The notes under the pieces: generated by a model | Seen by the model: the letters and a program-made list of their open reading frames with translations, nothing else | The model's database searches: none | Told to the model about the DNA's origin: nothing | Assembly: GCA_048621015.1 (NCBI GenBank) | Contig: JBMCXL010000001.1 | Span: 1-30,404, forward strand | Direction of reading: 5' to 3' | Length of the DNA: 30,404 nt | Source: Phycisphaeraceae bacterium | Lineage (GTDB): Bacteria; Planctomycetota; Phycisphaerae; Phycisphaerales; Phycisphaeraceae | Made by a program: the position numbers and the translations under genes | Shown: in pieces, positions 7,901 through 15,688 of the stretch | How positions within the stretch are numbered: position 1 is the stretch's first letter | How the letters are laid out: every line of letters begins with the position of its first letter

Positions 7901-9408
7901 GCGTCGTGCAGGACTACAACCGCGTACCGGCTGTGGAACGTGTGGACGGTGGTGAGCACACGGCGAAATATTTCCATCACGGACCGAAGCGCTGGGATGC
8001 GCGGCCGGCGACGCTCACACTGGACGCGCCTCGTCACGTCTACGACACGCGCCGCGCCGCGTACCTGGGTGAGACGGACACAATCGAGTTCGACCTGACA
8101 CCCGGCCGGCCGGAGCTTTTCGCATCCCTGGCGTATCGTGTGGAAGGGGTGACGGTCGACGCGCCCGATGCGGTCCGCGCCGGTGAGACATTCACGGCGC
8201 GCATTGCGCTGAATGTCGAAGGCGAGCAAGTGGAGCGGCACGTGGTGGCGGTTTCACTGGCCGCGCCCGACGGCGCGGAATGGTCGGCACCGGAGCAGAC
8301 ACAGGCGGTGCACACCAGCAACGGGCGCGGTGAAGTGGTGCTGCAGGTGCCGTACAACGCGCCGGCCGGTGCGTGGACGATCGCGGCGCGTGATGCCGTG
8401 ACGGGCGTGACCGCGCAGCGCACGCTGGAGGTTCGCGCGGATGATGATGCGGCGCGGCAGGCGCTCGGCGCGGTGTCGCAGCCGATCGTGCGCCACGTTC
8501 CGCGGGATTGGCCGGATGGACAGTGGGTGCCGAATGATGCGCAGGACGAATCTTCCGCCGCGGACGCGGTGAGCGTGAACGTGAGCCACTTGAATCGCAA
8601 GCGCAAGCATGTGCACGGCGAGCACCGGGGACATGAGTATCTGAGCGGTGGTTTCACATTGCGCAACAACGAGATCGAATACCGGGCCAAGTACGACGTG
8701 TGCAACGACTGGCAAGCCCATGAATGGGACGACCGCCGGCAGATCTGGGCGCCGTACATACCGGGCTTCGGCTTCAATCGGCCGCAGCCGCACATGTGGT
8801 ATTACAACGGTTATCTCAATGTGTTCTTCGATGGCGAGAACGTCACGCGCTACGCGCTGGCGCGCATGGAGCAGGTCGATGCGGGCGAGCATGGCCGGGT
8901 GGACGTGGTGTGGGACACGCCGCACGGCGAGGTGCGTCTCGCGACGACGTTGATGGCCGATCACATCGGCATGTTCCAACAGCTCGAAGTGCGCCCGGCC
9001 GAACCCGTGAAACGGATCACCGTGCGCTTTCGCAGCTATCCGCGGGGTTTCGGCAACCGCGGTCGGCCGCTGACGCACGCGGAGCCCGAACTGGGCTGGG
9101 CGCTGCTGGGCAATGCAACACTGGACCCGGCGTACGGGAAGGGCCGCGGCCCCGGCGGCATTCTCGTGCGGCCGGCGCAGTGGGACGAGATCGAGTTCGG
9201 CCGACAGACGAAACTCGTCCGCCAGTTCGTCGCCGACGACGCGCCGGAAGCGAGTGCGGGCAGCGACGATGTTCAGCGTTTTCAATGGACGCTCTGGACG
9301 TTCTCCGAGACCCCCAACGCCGAAGCGCTGACGTACATGCGCGAACACACCACCGAAACCACGCGCCGTATGAAGGCGCTTTACCCGCCACACCAATCGC
9401 CGGAGTGA
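4930..9408 (+). CDS. Very large secreted modular glycoside-hydrolase-like protein (GATase-like domain, Ig-like domains, TIM barrel, beta-galactosidase-trimerization-like domain, unknown C-terminal domain)
   Basis: GAGGT RBS before ATG 4930. Arg-rich n-region and an h-region ending AQA. GAFDVIVVAAHIPWDFL..GTPLIYFG is class-I GATase-like; GYSLADEP is a barrel motif; PPALVLCPSSIEMSDAQLALLRNLVDRGSAVVAT is GH42-trimerization-like; VPYNAPAGAWTIAARDAVTG is Ig/MG2-like. The specific family is not assignable by eye. Confidence 0.7.
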   Translation: MRWDVSRRRRGGRIGEPGGGQAGKRPAIHRGSQQAHHRAARGRAVATGRRWLATAFVVVGAGLAAAAAQAETPAAYREQVVTPHWPWAEAHAEGTVRGLCLVNHLATREPAELAQRFDIEFTTVPVTGNPYKNTFDETFLREQLEAGAFDVIVVAAHIPWDFLSEESLAAIREEVEAGTPLIYFGRNAQHDKRWPLLAEGEVLEDDAAAMSAELAALPVNWITFPKSPLGVTVRRLGEGRVVSVHGYVTHLQVFNAFVPGSKTYDANAWGPELSYALAARLIRRAADMAGPAVSQEAEAPGEATLTLSEPAAAGDVLHWTLHDRWGERGDRRALQLSAGQERVELNTPTSAPGRWLCRWRWERNGAAQATGAFAYEVESPVTFDAIEAPATLDASDSSRLEWSMRGDVQPDDRVMAQVYDPDGRLVTVASASASAGELSLPAWPTRFIAHELRLLLLRGEQRLDEQRRPITVAWDRARDQGRFHVIIWGTETNSWAMAHRYRRLRQLGVTAHAPIGKGRINVARTASMRGLRLVPTNVLVPPNRFTNMNRYNEADDLEQLDAYADAISPHTPLGYSLADEPNTDDPVGWHDKGAEVIHRHDTGAPVGFCGVWLGLDKDVPSYFQHCNFLEPYSPLHLYTSNLWRGIERDLYRSFARPEGIVSCWTGYLPGRRVLEPYSRTVPWLWLFEGFDGVSYFQSASSFGELEADLRPAPAARWWSQEVRLLQRTGIGEQLIAMQRDAGDVRIIFQQGADDAAAWARAMNQLNVPYRFMSWREAEELAEQGDTPPALVLCPSSIEMSDAQLALLRNLVDRGSAVVATAPLGALADGEPAAPDRLAPLFGVGREAPVADEAQARKQRDLHTGVPVTVRWGDAKLTGKSTGAHGLRVSDAQRIGDFTAAGKAQRVSEDHPAFVNQLLQTPAGVIKPHGRAFAMLLTFEPDVASARRMLPSLLQRAGVTPPRQRITVQDRPDDTAYLYPFASDTDRLRLVGVVQDYNRVPAVERVDGGEHTAKYFHHGPKRWDARPATLTLDAPRHVYDTRRAAYLGETDTIEFDLTPGRPELFASLAYRVEGVTVDAPDAVRAGETFTARIALNVEGEQVERHVVAVSLAAPDGAEWSAPEQTQAVHTSNGRGEVVLQVPYNAPAGAWTIAARDAVTGVTAQRTLEVRADDDAARQALGAVSQPIVRHVPRDWPDGQWVPNDAQDESSAADAVSVNVSHLNRKRKHVHGEHRGHEYLSGGFTLRNNEIEYRAKYDVCNDWQAHEWDDRRQIWAPYIPGFGFNRPQPHMWYYNGYLNVFFDGENVTRYALARMEQVDAGEHGRVDVVWDTPHGEVRLATTLMADHIGMFQQLEVRPAEPVKRITVRFRSYPRGFGNRGRPLTHAEPELGWALLGNATLDPAYGKGRGPGGILVRPAQWDEIEFGRQTKLVRQFVADDAPEASAGSDDVQRFQWTLWTFSETPNAEALTYMREHTTETTRRMKALYPPHQSPE

Positions 9409-9413
9409 ATCGA

Positions 9414-12400
9414 ATGCGATCGAACCAACGCGCGCCGCGCGTCTCGAACGACCGGCTCGCCATGTTTCTGTCTCTTCTGGCGCTGGCGTTGCCGGGCGCC
9501 TCCGGCGCGACAGTGCATGCCGAGGAGACCGACGATGCAGCGCGCGGTGACTGGCCGGCGGTGCTGCTGATCGATGATTTCGAGTCCGGCCTCGACCGCT
9601 GGGCCGCTGAAGGCACCGGCGAGTTGGCGCTCAGCGACGATGCGCCGCAGGGCGACCACGCGCTGCGCTGGACCGCCGGTGACGACGGCCTCGGACACAT
9701 CGTCTTTCAGAACCTGTCGCGCGACCGGATCGACTTCAGTCAGTACGACCTGCTCATGATGCGCGTCAAGGTCGCCGGCAAGCCGATCTGGAACCTCAAT
9801 CCGATCATCCAGCAGTACCCGGCCGTGTACGGTTATCGCGGCTTGTATTACAGCATCGACACGATGCACCCGTTCGACCAGTGGTTCACCTTCACGCAGG
9901 ACCTGTCGCGCTGGGAGAACGCCTGGCCCGACACCTACGACCAGGCAGCGCAGGAGTTTCAGTTCGAGGTGCACCAGCTCGCCGGTGCGGGCCGCACGGA
10001 GGTTTATCTCGACGACGTTCGGCTCCTGAAGAATCCGCTGGCGCTGGAGCCCGCTTACCCGGCGCGATGGGGCCGCCTGAGCGACGGCACGCAGGTCAAC
10101 CATTTCGAGCTGGCGATGACCAACCGCAGCGACCAGCCGTTGACGGTGCGGTTCAGCAAGGCGACGGGCGGCACGCTCGATCGGTTCGAGCTGGTGCTGC
10201 CGAGCGAGCCCATTCATCTGCTGCCCGATGAGCGCGCCACGGCGCGCGTGCGCATGATCGCGCCGAGTGACGTGGTGGCGGCGGCATCGCCCTTCCACGG
10301 CGAGACGGCGCGCATCGCCTGCCGCGTCGAGGAGATTCCCGAGCTGGTGCTGTTTACCGAGCTGACCGGCGGCGCCAGGCCTGAGACGTTCGACCACCCC
10401 TCGATCCTCTGCGATCCGCCGCGCATGCAGTCGCTCCAGGCTCAGTACGCTGATCCGGCGAAACGGCAGGCGATGGACAAGCGCATGCTCGCGCTGGTGC
10501 GGGAAGCCGAAGCCGCGCTGGCGCGCGAGCCGAGGTATCCCGCGCTCGCGGCGACGGGGCGCAAGAAAGATCCGGTCAGCGGCGGCGCGCTCGAAGAGGC
10601 GGACGTGCCGAACCTGCCGTTTCGCGTGTACCAGGATCCTGAAAGCGGCCGCACGTATTCCGGCCCGCTCTACGACGCCGGGATGCAGAACTGGCTCGGC
10701 CAGCACATGGGCAATGCCGCGCAGGCGCGGAAGCTGGCGATGGGCTATCTCATCACCGGGCGCAAGGATTTCGCGAACGCCGCGGCGCGCATCCTGCGCG
10801 AGTACACTGATCGCTACCTTGAACTGCCCATGATCGCTTACGAACCGGGCAGCCCTGTCGGCAGCGCTGTCTCCGGCTCGACGCGCATCGGCGGCACCTA
10901 CATGCGCGAGCGCGTCTGGCTGACCAACCTCGCGGTCGCGCTGGACAGCATCCGTCCCGCCGACGTTCTGTCGCGCGACGAGATCGAGCGCATCGCGCAG
11001 CGCGTGTTCCAGCCGTCGGCCAACAACATGATGAACCACAAGGTCGGCGCGATGAATCTCCAGTGGCAGATCCAGTCAGCCGCCCTGTTCGCCGGACTTG
11101 CCACGGAAACGCCCAGCCTCGTCACGCGCGCGATGCACAGCCGCCATGGCATCGTGCGTCTCATGGACACCGGTTTCCTCGAAGACGGCCAATGGTGGGA
11201 GAACCCCAGCTACCAGGGTGTAACCAAGCTCGCCGCCTATCCCGCGCTTTCCGCGGCGATGCACAACGGCCTGATGCCGTTCACCGAGCGCATGGAAAAG
11301 ATCCTGAAAGCCGGCTATCAACTGCACGGCCCCGACGGCCGCAGTCCCACGCTCGGCACCGGCGGATGGCGCAGCCTCGCGTTTGAAAACACAGGCGTGC
11401 TCATGTTCGCCCCGCTCAGCGACAATCCCGAACTGGCATGGATCGCGCACCATCGCCAACCCCATCGCGGCAGCTACGGCCTGTTTCATCACGCGCTGTT
11501 TCGCCAGACCGAGCCCAATGTTTCCGAGGACGACGCAGTTTCGCCCATCCCCGAGTCCACCACGCATATGCCCGACTACGGCGGTCTGGCGCTGCGCGTG
11601 CCGGGCACTGACATGTACTGTTACTTCCACTATGGCCGCGAACTCGTCCACGGCCACCGCAACAAGCTCTCCATCAACGCCTACGGCAAGGGCGGCTGGT
11701 TCGTCCGCAACGTGATCGGCGGCTACCAGCACAACTTCGACGAGTTTCTCGAAACGATCGCCTCGGCCAGCACGATCATCGTCGACGGCCAGAATCCCGA
11801 TCACGACACCGGCGAGCTGCTTTTCCACAAAAGTCTCGACGGAATCGAGCTGGCCAGCGCCCGCGAGCGCGGCGCGTGGAAGGACGCCGAGCATGAGCGC
11901 TCGCTGGTGCTGACGGACAATGCGTTGATCGTCATCGACCGCGCCTTGAGTGAGCGCGAGCGCACCTACGACTGGCTGTACCATGCCAACTTCACCGGCC
12001 TCTCCCCCCAAACCCACGACGCGGATGCCGAGCAACAGGTCGACCGCGAGCGCTTCGGGGAGACGTCGCTGTATGACTCGCTCCAGCCGACATCGCAGCC
12101 CACCCAGGCCGAGTCAATGCGCTGGCAACGCGAGGACGGCAGCGGGTTGATCATCGCGCGTCTGCCGCACGGCGAGATGTTCGGCATGCGCGTTGAACAG
12201 ACGATGCGTCCGCACGAGGGTTTGCTGTGGCGGCAGCGCAATAATGTCGCGTCATTCGTCACCGCGTTCGTTCCGTTTGAGGTCGATCGAGGCGACTCGG
12301 CCGCATCGGTGACGATCGAACCCGTTGAGGTGCATGATGCGCAGGGGCAGGCGGTGGACCTGCGCAGCGGACAAGCGGTGCGCGTGGAGCTTCCGGAGCG

Positions 12401-12494
12401 GACGCTCACGGTGCTGGTCAACTACACAGGCGAAACGCTTCGGGCGAATCAGCTCGAATCCAGCGACCGGGTGGCGGTGCACGAGGCACGCTGA
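9414..12494 (+). CDS. Secreted heparinase II/III-type polysaccharide-lyase-like protein with N-terminal CBM-like module
   Basis: GGAG RBS and ATG 9414, followed by a signal peptide. CBM-like module (IDDFESG...DFSQYDLLMMRVK...VYLDDVRL); helical toroid region (LAMGYLITGRKDFANAAARILREY; DGQWWENPSY); heparinase II/III C-terminal motifs (HGHRNKLS, ASASTIIVDG, ERTYDWLYH). The track's start at 8724 overlaps the upstream gene and is rejected. Confidence 0.75.
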   Translation: MRSNQRAPRVSNDRLAMFLSLLALALPGASGATVHAEETDDAARGDWPAVLLIDDFESGLDRWAAEGTGELALSDDAPQGDHALRWTAGDDGLGHIVFQNLSRDRIDFSQYDLLMMRVKVAGKPIWNLNPIIQQYPAVYGYRGLYYSIDTMHPFDQWFTFTQDLSRWENAWPDTYDQAAQEFQFEVHQLAGAGRTEVYLDDVRLLKNPLALEPAYPARWGRLSDGTQVNHFELAMTNRSDQPLTVRFSKATGGTLDRFELVLPSEPIHLLPDERATARVRMIAPSDVVAAASPFHGETARIACRVEEIPELVLFTELTGGARPETFDHPSILCDPPRMQSLQAQYADPAKRQAMDKRMLALVREAEAALAREPRYPALAATGRKKDPVSGGALEEADVPNLPFRVYQDPESGRTYSGPLYDAGMQNWLGQHMGNAAQARKLAMGYLITGRKDFANAAARILREYTDRYLELPMIAYEPGSPVGSAVSGSTRIGGTYMRERVWLTNLAVALDSIRPADVLSRDEIERIAQRVFQPSANNMMNHKVGAMNLQWQIQSAALFAGLATETPSLVTRAMHSRHGIVRLMDTGFLEDGQWWENPSYQGVTKLAAYPALSAAMHNGLMPFTERMEKILKAGYQLHGPDGRSPTLGTGGWRSLAFENTGVLMFAPLSDNPELAWIAHHRQPHRGSYGLFHHALFRQTEPNVSEDDAVSPIPESTTHMPDYGGLALRVPGTDMYCYFHYGRELVHGHRNKLSINAYGKGGWFVRNVIGGYQHNFDEFLETIASASTIIVDGQNPDHDTGELLFHKSLDGIELASARERGAWKDAEHERSLVLTDNALIVIDRALSERERTYDWLYHANFTGLSPQTHDADAEQQVDRERFGETSLYDSLQPTSQPTQAESMRWQREDGSGLIIARLPHGEMFGMRVEQTMRPHEGLLWRQRNNVASFVTAFVPFEVDRGDSAASVTIEPVEVHDAQGQAVDLRSGQAVRVELPERTLTVLVNYTGETLRANQLESSDRVAVHEAR

Positions 12495-12688
12495 CTCCAG
12501 TCCTTTCACCTTAATACGGAGGCTCCGTACCGGCCGGCGGCGTGTAGAGGCGCAGCCGGGCCGGGCTCTCGTTCGCCACGACCTGCGCCACTCAGGGGCA
12601 AACGGTATCATGGTGCAACATCATGCGAATCATCGCATTGCATCCGCTGATGCCTTCTGGATTCCATTGAACGCAGGAAGGACGCCTG

Positions 12689-15526
12689 ATGTCTGTACGT
12701 CTGCTGATACTGGGTGTGTTGCTGTCGGGACTGAATTGGCATGGCGCATTCGCGCCGCGCACCGCTTTTGCCCAGCCGTCGCCGGACGCACTGGCGCCGC
12801 GATGGGACGATGAACCCGACGAGTTGAACTGGCAGCACTTCGCCAACTGCCTGGACTGCTTTCGCGATTACAAGGCCTGGCTGGAGAATCGCGAAGCCGA
12901 TGCGGCGCTGGATCGCACTGCCGCGCTGCCCGAGACGTTCGCGATGCTCTGGATCGAGGGCGAAGCGTTCGGCGACGCGGCGGGTGGTAAGGGTTGGCAG
13001 CCCCAGGCGCGCCGGAACGCAAGCAACGGCAAGGTCATCGCGCTCGGCGCCGGCCACAACCATCGCTTCACGCGCATGATCATTAACGTGCCTGCGGCGG
13101 GCATGTACCGCCTCTGGACGCGCTACTGGGACCCCACCGGTGGACACGCCAGCTTCCGCGTGCGCATTCTGCCGGCGGAGATGGCCGACTACGAATATTC
13201 CTGGCAGGGCTCGTCGACGGGGCGCTTGCTGCGGCACAAGTTCGACTTCGTGCCGTTCAAGCGTGACGACGGGTATGCGAAGCGCCTGGTCGAGCGGAAG
13301 CAGTCCGCGCCGTCACGATACGTCTGGGCGTCGGCGCCGATGATGCGCCTGCCGAAGGGGCGCGTCTGCATCGAACTGGCTGGCGTGACACATCGCGGGC
13401 CTTACCAACCGCGCGCAGTTGATGTGCTCATGCTCACGCAGGACCCCCTGTACGTTCCCTCGCTGAGTGATGCGCCGTCCGCAGATCACGCCAGTCGCGG
13501 ATCGGCGCTGGTGCGCGCGGTCGAGCGTGCGCCGTCCAGTACGACCGTGGATGCCTGGGATGTCTGGACCAATCGACCCGGCACGCAGCCGTTGCACGAA
13601 GCGTCCGAAGCACGCACCGCCCAATGGCGCGCCTGGCGCCGTGACCTGCTCGAGCGTCTCGCGGACGGCATGGAAGACGATGCGCACTTCGACAAGCTCG
13701 CCCAGTGGGTTTACTTCAACGAAGACTGGAATCTGATCGGCACACCCGCGCAGGTGCGCCGGCGCATCGATCAGATGTCGCAAAGCGTCACCACGGCGGC
13801 GCACTGGTTCGAGTGGATTGAGGCGGAGCGATTCGAAGTGACCGAGCCCGGCTGGGAGCCGCGGGCATCGCTCGACGCCAGCGACGGTGCGATCATGCAG
13901 GCCAGCTACACCGACGGTCTGGCGGAGGCCGCGACGACCCTCACCGTGCCGCACGATGGGGAGTACACCTTCTGGCTCCGCCACGCGCGCATCAAAGGCT
14001 TCTACAACCTCTTCCAGTTCCGGTTCGAGCCGATCACACCCGGCGACAGAGACACCGATCGCCCGAGCCACACGCTCGAGTTCGGCGACGCGGAAGTGGG
14101 ACACGGCGGCTATCGTCAGGCGTGGCACAAGCGCACGGTGAAACTCGGCGCCGGCGATTACCGGCTCGTACTGAGCAAGCGGCGCGGACGCTCGCCTTAC
14201 GCCTATCGCAAGGTGGATTGCATCGTGGTGACGGACGATTCGACATGGGAGCCTGAAGGCATCACGCGCCCACCGATGGGCACACAGCGCGCCGCGGAAC
14301 TGTTCGGCTCAAACAACGACACGAAGCTCGGCATCTGGCAACAGTCGAAAACGTGGGAGGGCTTCACCGCCACCAACGGGCCCGGCCGGGAGGATCGCGT
14401 GCTGTCGCAGGCAGTCACGCAGAAGATGGCGCGCGGCGAGGTGCGCTCCATGCTGCTGCACGTGCGGAACCTTACCGATGAGCCAATCACGTTCCAGCCG
14501 CGCATCACAGGTGCGCTTGGGGATCACGTGCGCTGGCGCGTGGTCGCCTATCAGCTCAGCAAGGGCTACGGCTGGCAGCCGATGCCGTTGCTGGCGCGCC
14601 GCACCGTCACCGCGCAGCCGCATCGCAGCGTTGCTCTGTGGTTGACACTCGATGCGCGCGACTTGAATGCCGGTACGCACGAAGGCACGCTGACGATCGG
14701 CTCGCACACGTTGCCGCTGCGTTTGCATGCGCAGGATCTCGGCTACGCGAAGACGCCAAAGCCGTTGGTCGGTGGCTGGGCCGCGCCTTACAGTACGCCG
14801 CATGCGTGGCGTATGTTCACGGACGTCGGATTCAACCTGATCTACCAAAAGGCGTTGCCCGCCGACCAGATGGAGGCGCTGGGCATTCGCCGGTTCGTGC
14901 TCAAGCTGGGTGTGCCGGATGATGAGGCGCGCGTGCGTCGCGTGATCGATGCCGTGACGGACGTGGGCCTGGACAGGAGCGAATGGACGTGGGAACTGTT
15001 TGACGAGCCGCACGACAAGTCGGTCGACCGCTGGGTGGACGGTGCGAAGAACCTGCAAGCGTGGGCGCCCGACGTGGCGGTGTGGTGCAACCCTGGCGAG
15101 CACCAAAATGTGAGCACAGAAACGGTCAGCGCGATGGCTCCCTACATCGACGTCTTCTGCCCCTATATCAACCATTTCCAACCCGAAAAGGAGCATGAGC
15201 ACACCAAGCTCGTCCGCTCTATCGGCGACGTGCAGTTGTTCTACACCACGCCCTGCTTCGACGAGAAGGCCCCGAACGCCCCGCACGCCATGCTGTCCCT
15301 GGGCGAGCGTGCCCAGGCGCTGGACCGCGACGGCTGGAGCTTCTTCTCCGTGCTCAACTACTACGACTACGCGACCGGGCCGTGGGACGACATCAATGCG
15401 CCGTTCCCCGCCCAGGCGGTCAGCATCTATCCCGGCGCGCACGACCGGGCGATCAGCACCCGCAACCTCGAAGCGGTCCGCGAAGCCATCCGACGCTGGC
15501 GGCGAGCGCAGTTGAATGAGCGTTGA
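12689..15526 (+). CDS. Secreted protein with two CBM6/35-like modules and a C-terminal GH123/DUF4091-like catalytic region
   Basis: GGAAGGA RBS and a signal peptide. Repeated WIE(G/A)E.F..W....ASxG...G.Y..W.R modules. MARGEVRSMLLHVRN and VALWLTLDA resemble the GH123 N-terminal beta-domain. WELFDEP and IDVFCPY follow in the barrel. Confidence 0.6.
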   Translation: MSVRLLILGVLLSGLNWHGAFAPRTAFAQPSPDALAPRWDDEPDELNWQHFANCLDCFRDYKAWLENREADAALDRTAALPETFAMLWIEGEAFGDAAGGKGWQPQARRNASNGKVIALGAGHNHRFTRMIINVPAAGMYRLWTRYWDPTGGHASFRVRILPAEMADYEYSWQGSSTGRLLRHKFDFVPFKRDDGYAKRLVERKQSAPSRYVWASAPMMRLPKGRVCIELAGVTHRGPYQPRAVDVLMLTQDPLYVPSLSDAPSADHASRGSALVRAVERAPSSTTVDAWDVWTNRPGTQPLHEASEARTAQWRAWRRDLLERLADGMEDDAHFDKLAQWVYFNEDWNLIGTPAQVRRRIDQMSQSVTTAAHWFEWIEAERFEVTEPGWEPRASLDASDGAIMQASYTDGLAEAATTLTVPHDGEYTFWLRHARIKGFYNLFQFRFEPITPGDRDTDRPSHTLEFGDAEVGHGGYRQAWHKRTVKLGAGDYRLVLSKRRGRSPYAYRKVDCIVVTDDSTWEPEGITRPPMGTQRAAELFGSNNDTKLGIWQQSKTWEGFTATNGPGREDRVLSQAVTQKMARGEVRSMLLHVRNLTDEPITFQPRITGALGDHVRWRVVAYQLSKGYGWQPMPLLARRTVTAQPHRSVALWLTLDARDLNAGTHEGTLTIGSHTLPLRLHAQDLGYAKTPKPLVGGWAAPYSTPHAWRMFTDVGFNLIYQKALPADQMEALGIRRFVLKLGVPDDEARVRRVIDAVTDVGLDRSEWTWELFDEPHDKSVDRWVDGAKNLQAWAPDVAVWCNPGEHQNVSTETVSAMAPYIDVFCPYINHFQPEKEHEHTKLVRSIGDVQLFYTTPCFDEKAPNAPHAMLSLGERAQALDRDGWSFFSVLNYYDYATGPWDDINAPFPAQAVSIYPGAHDRAISTRNLEAVREAIRRWRRAQLNER

Positions 15527-15688
15527 CCACGCAGCGTGCCGCTGGACGCCCCGGTGCCCGACGGTGTGGTGATCAGTCGGACACGCGATGCCGGCCGCCT
15601 CGCCTCAATGCAGGCGCGTCTGGATGCGCGCCAGGCTGTCCGGAGCTGGAGGTGCGTACCGGTCACGAGGTGGGTTTGCTCACCCCTC

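Noticed and set aside
8724-9413. N-terminal extension of the 1256-aa ORF
   Set aside because: It is an alternate frame inside the upstream CDS. RBS, ATG and signal peptide all point to 9414.
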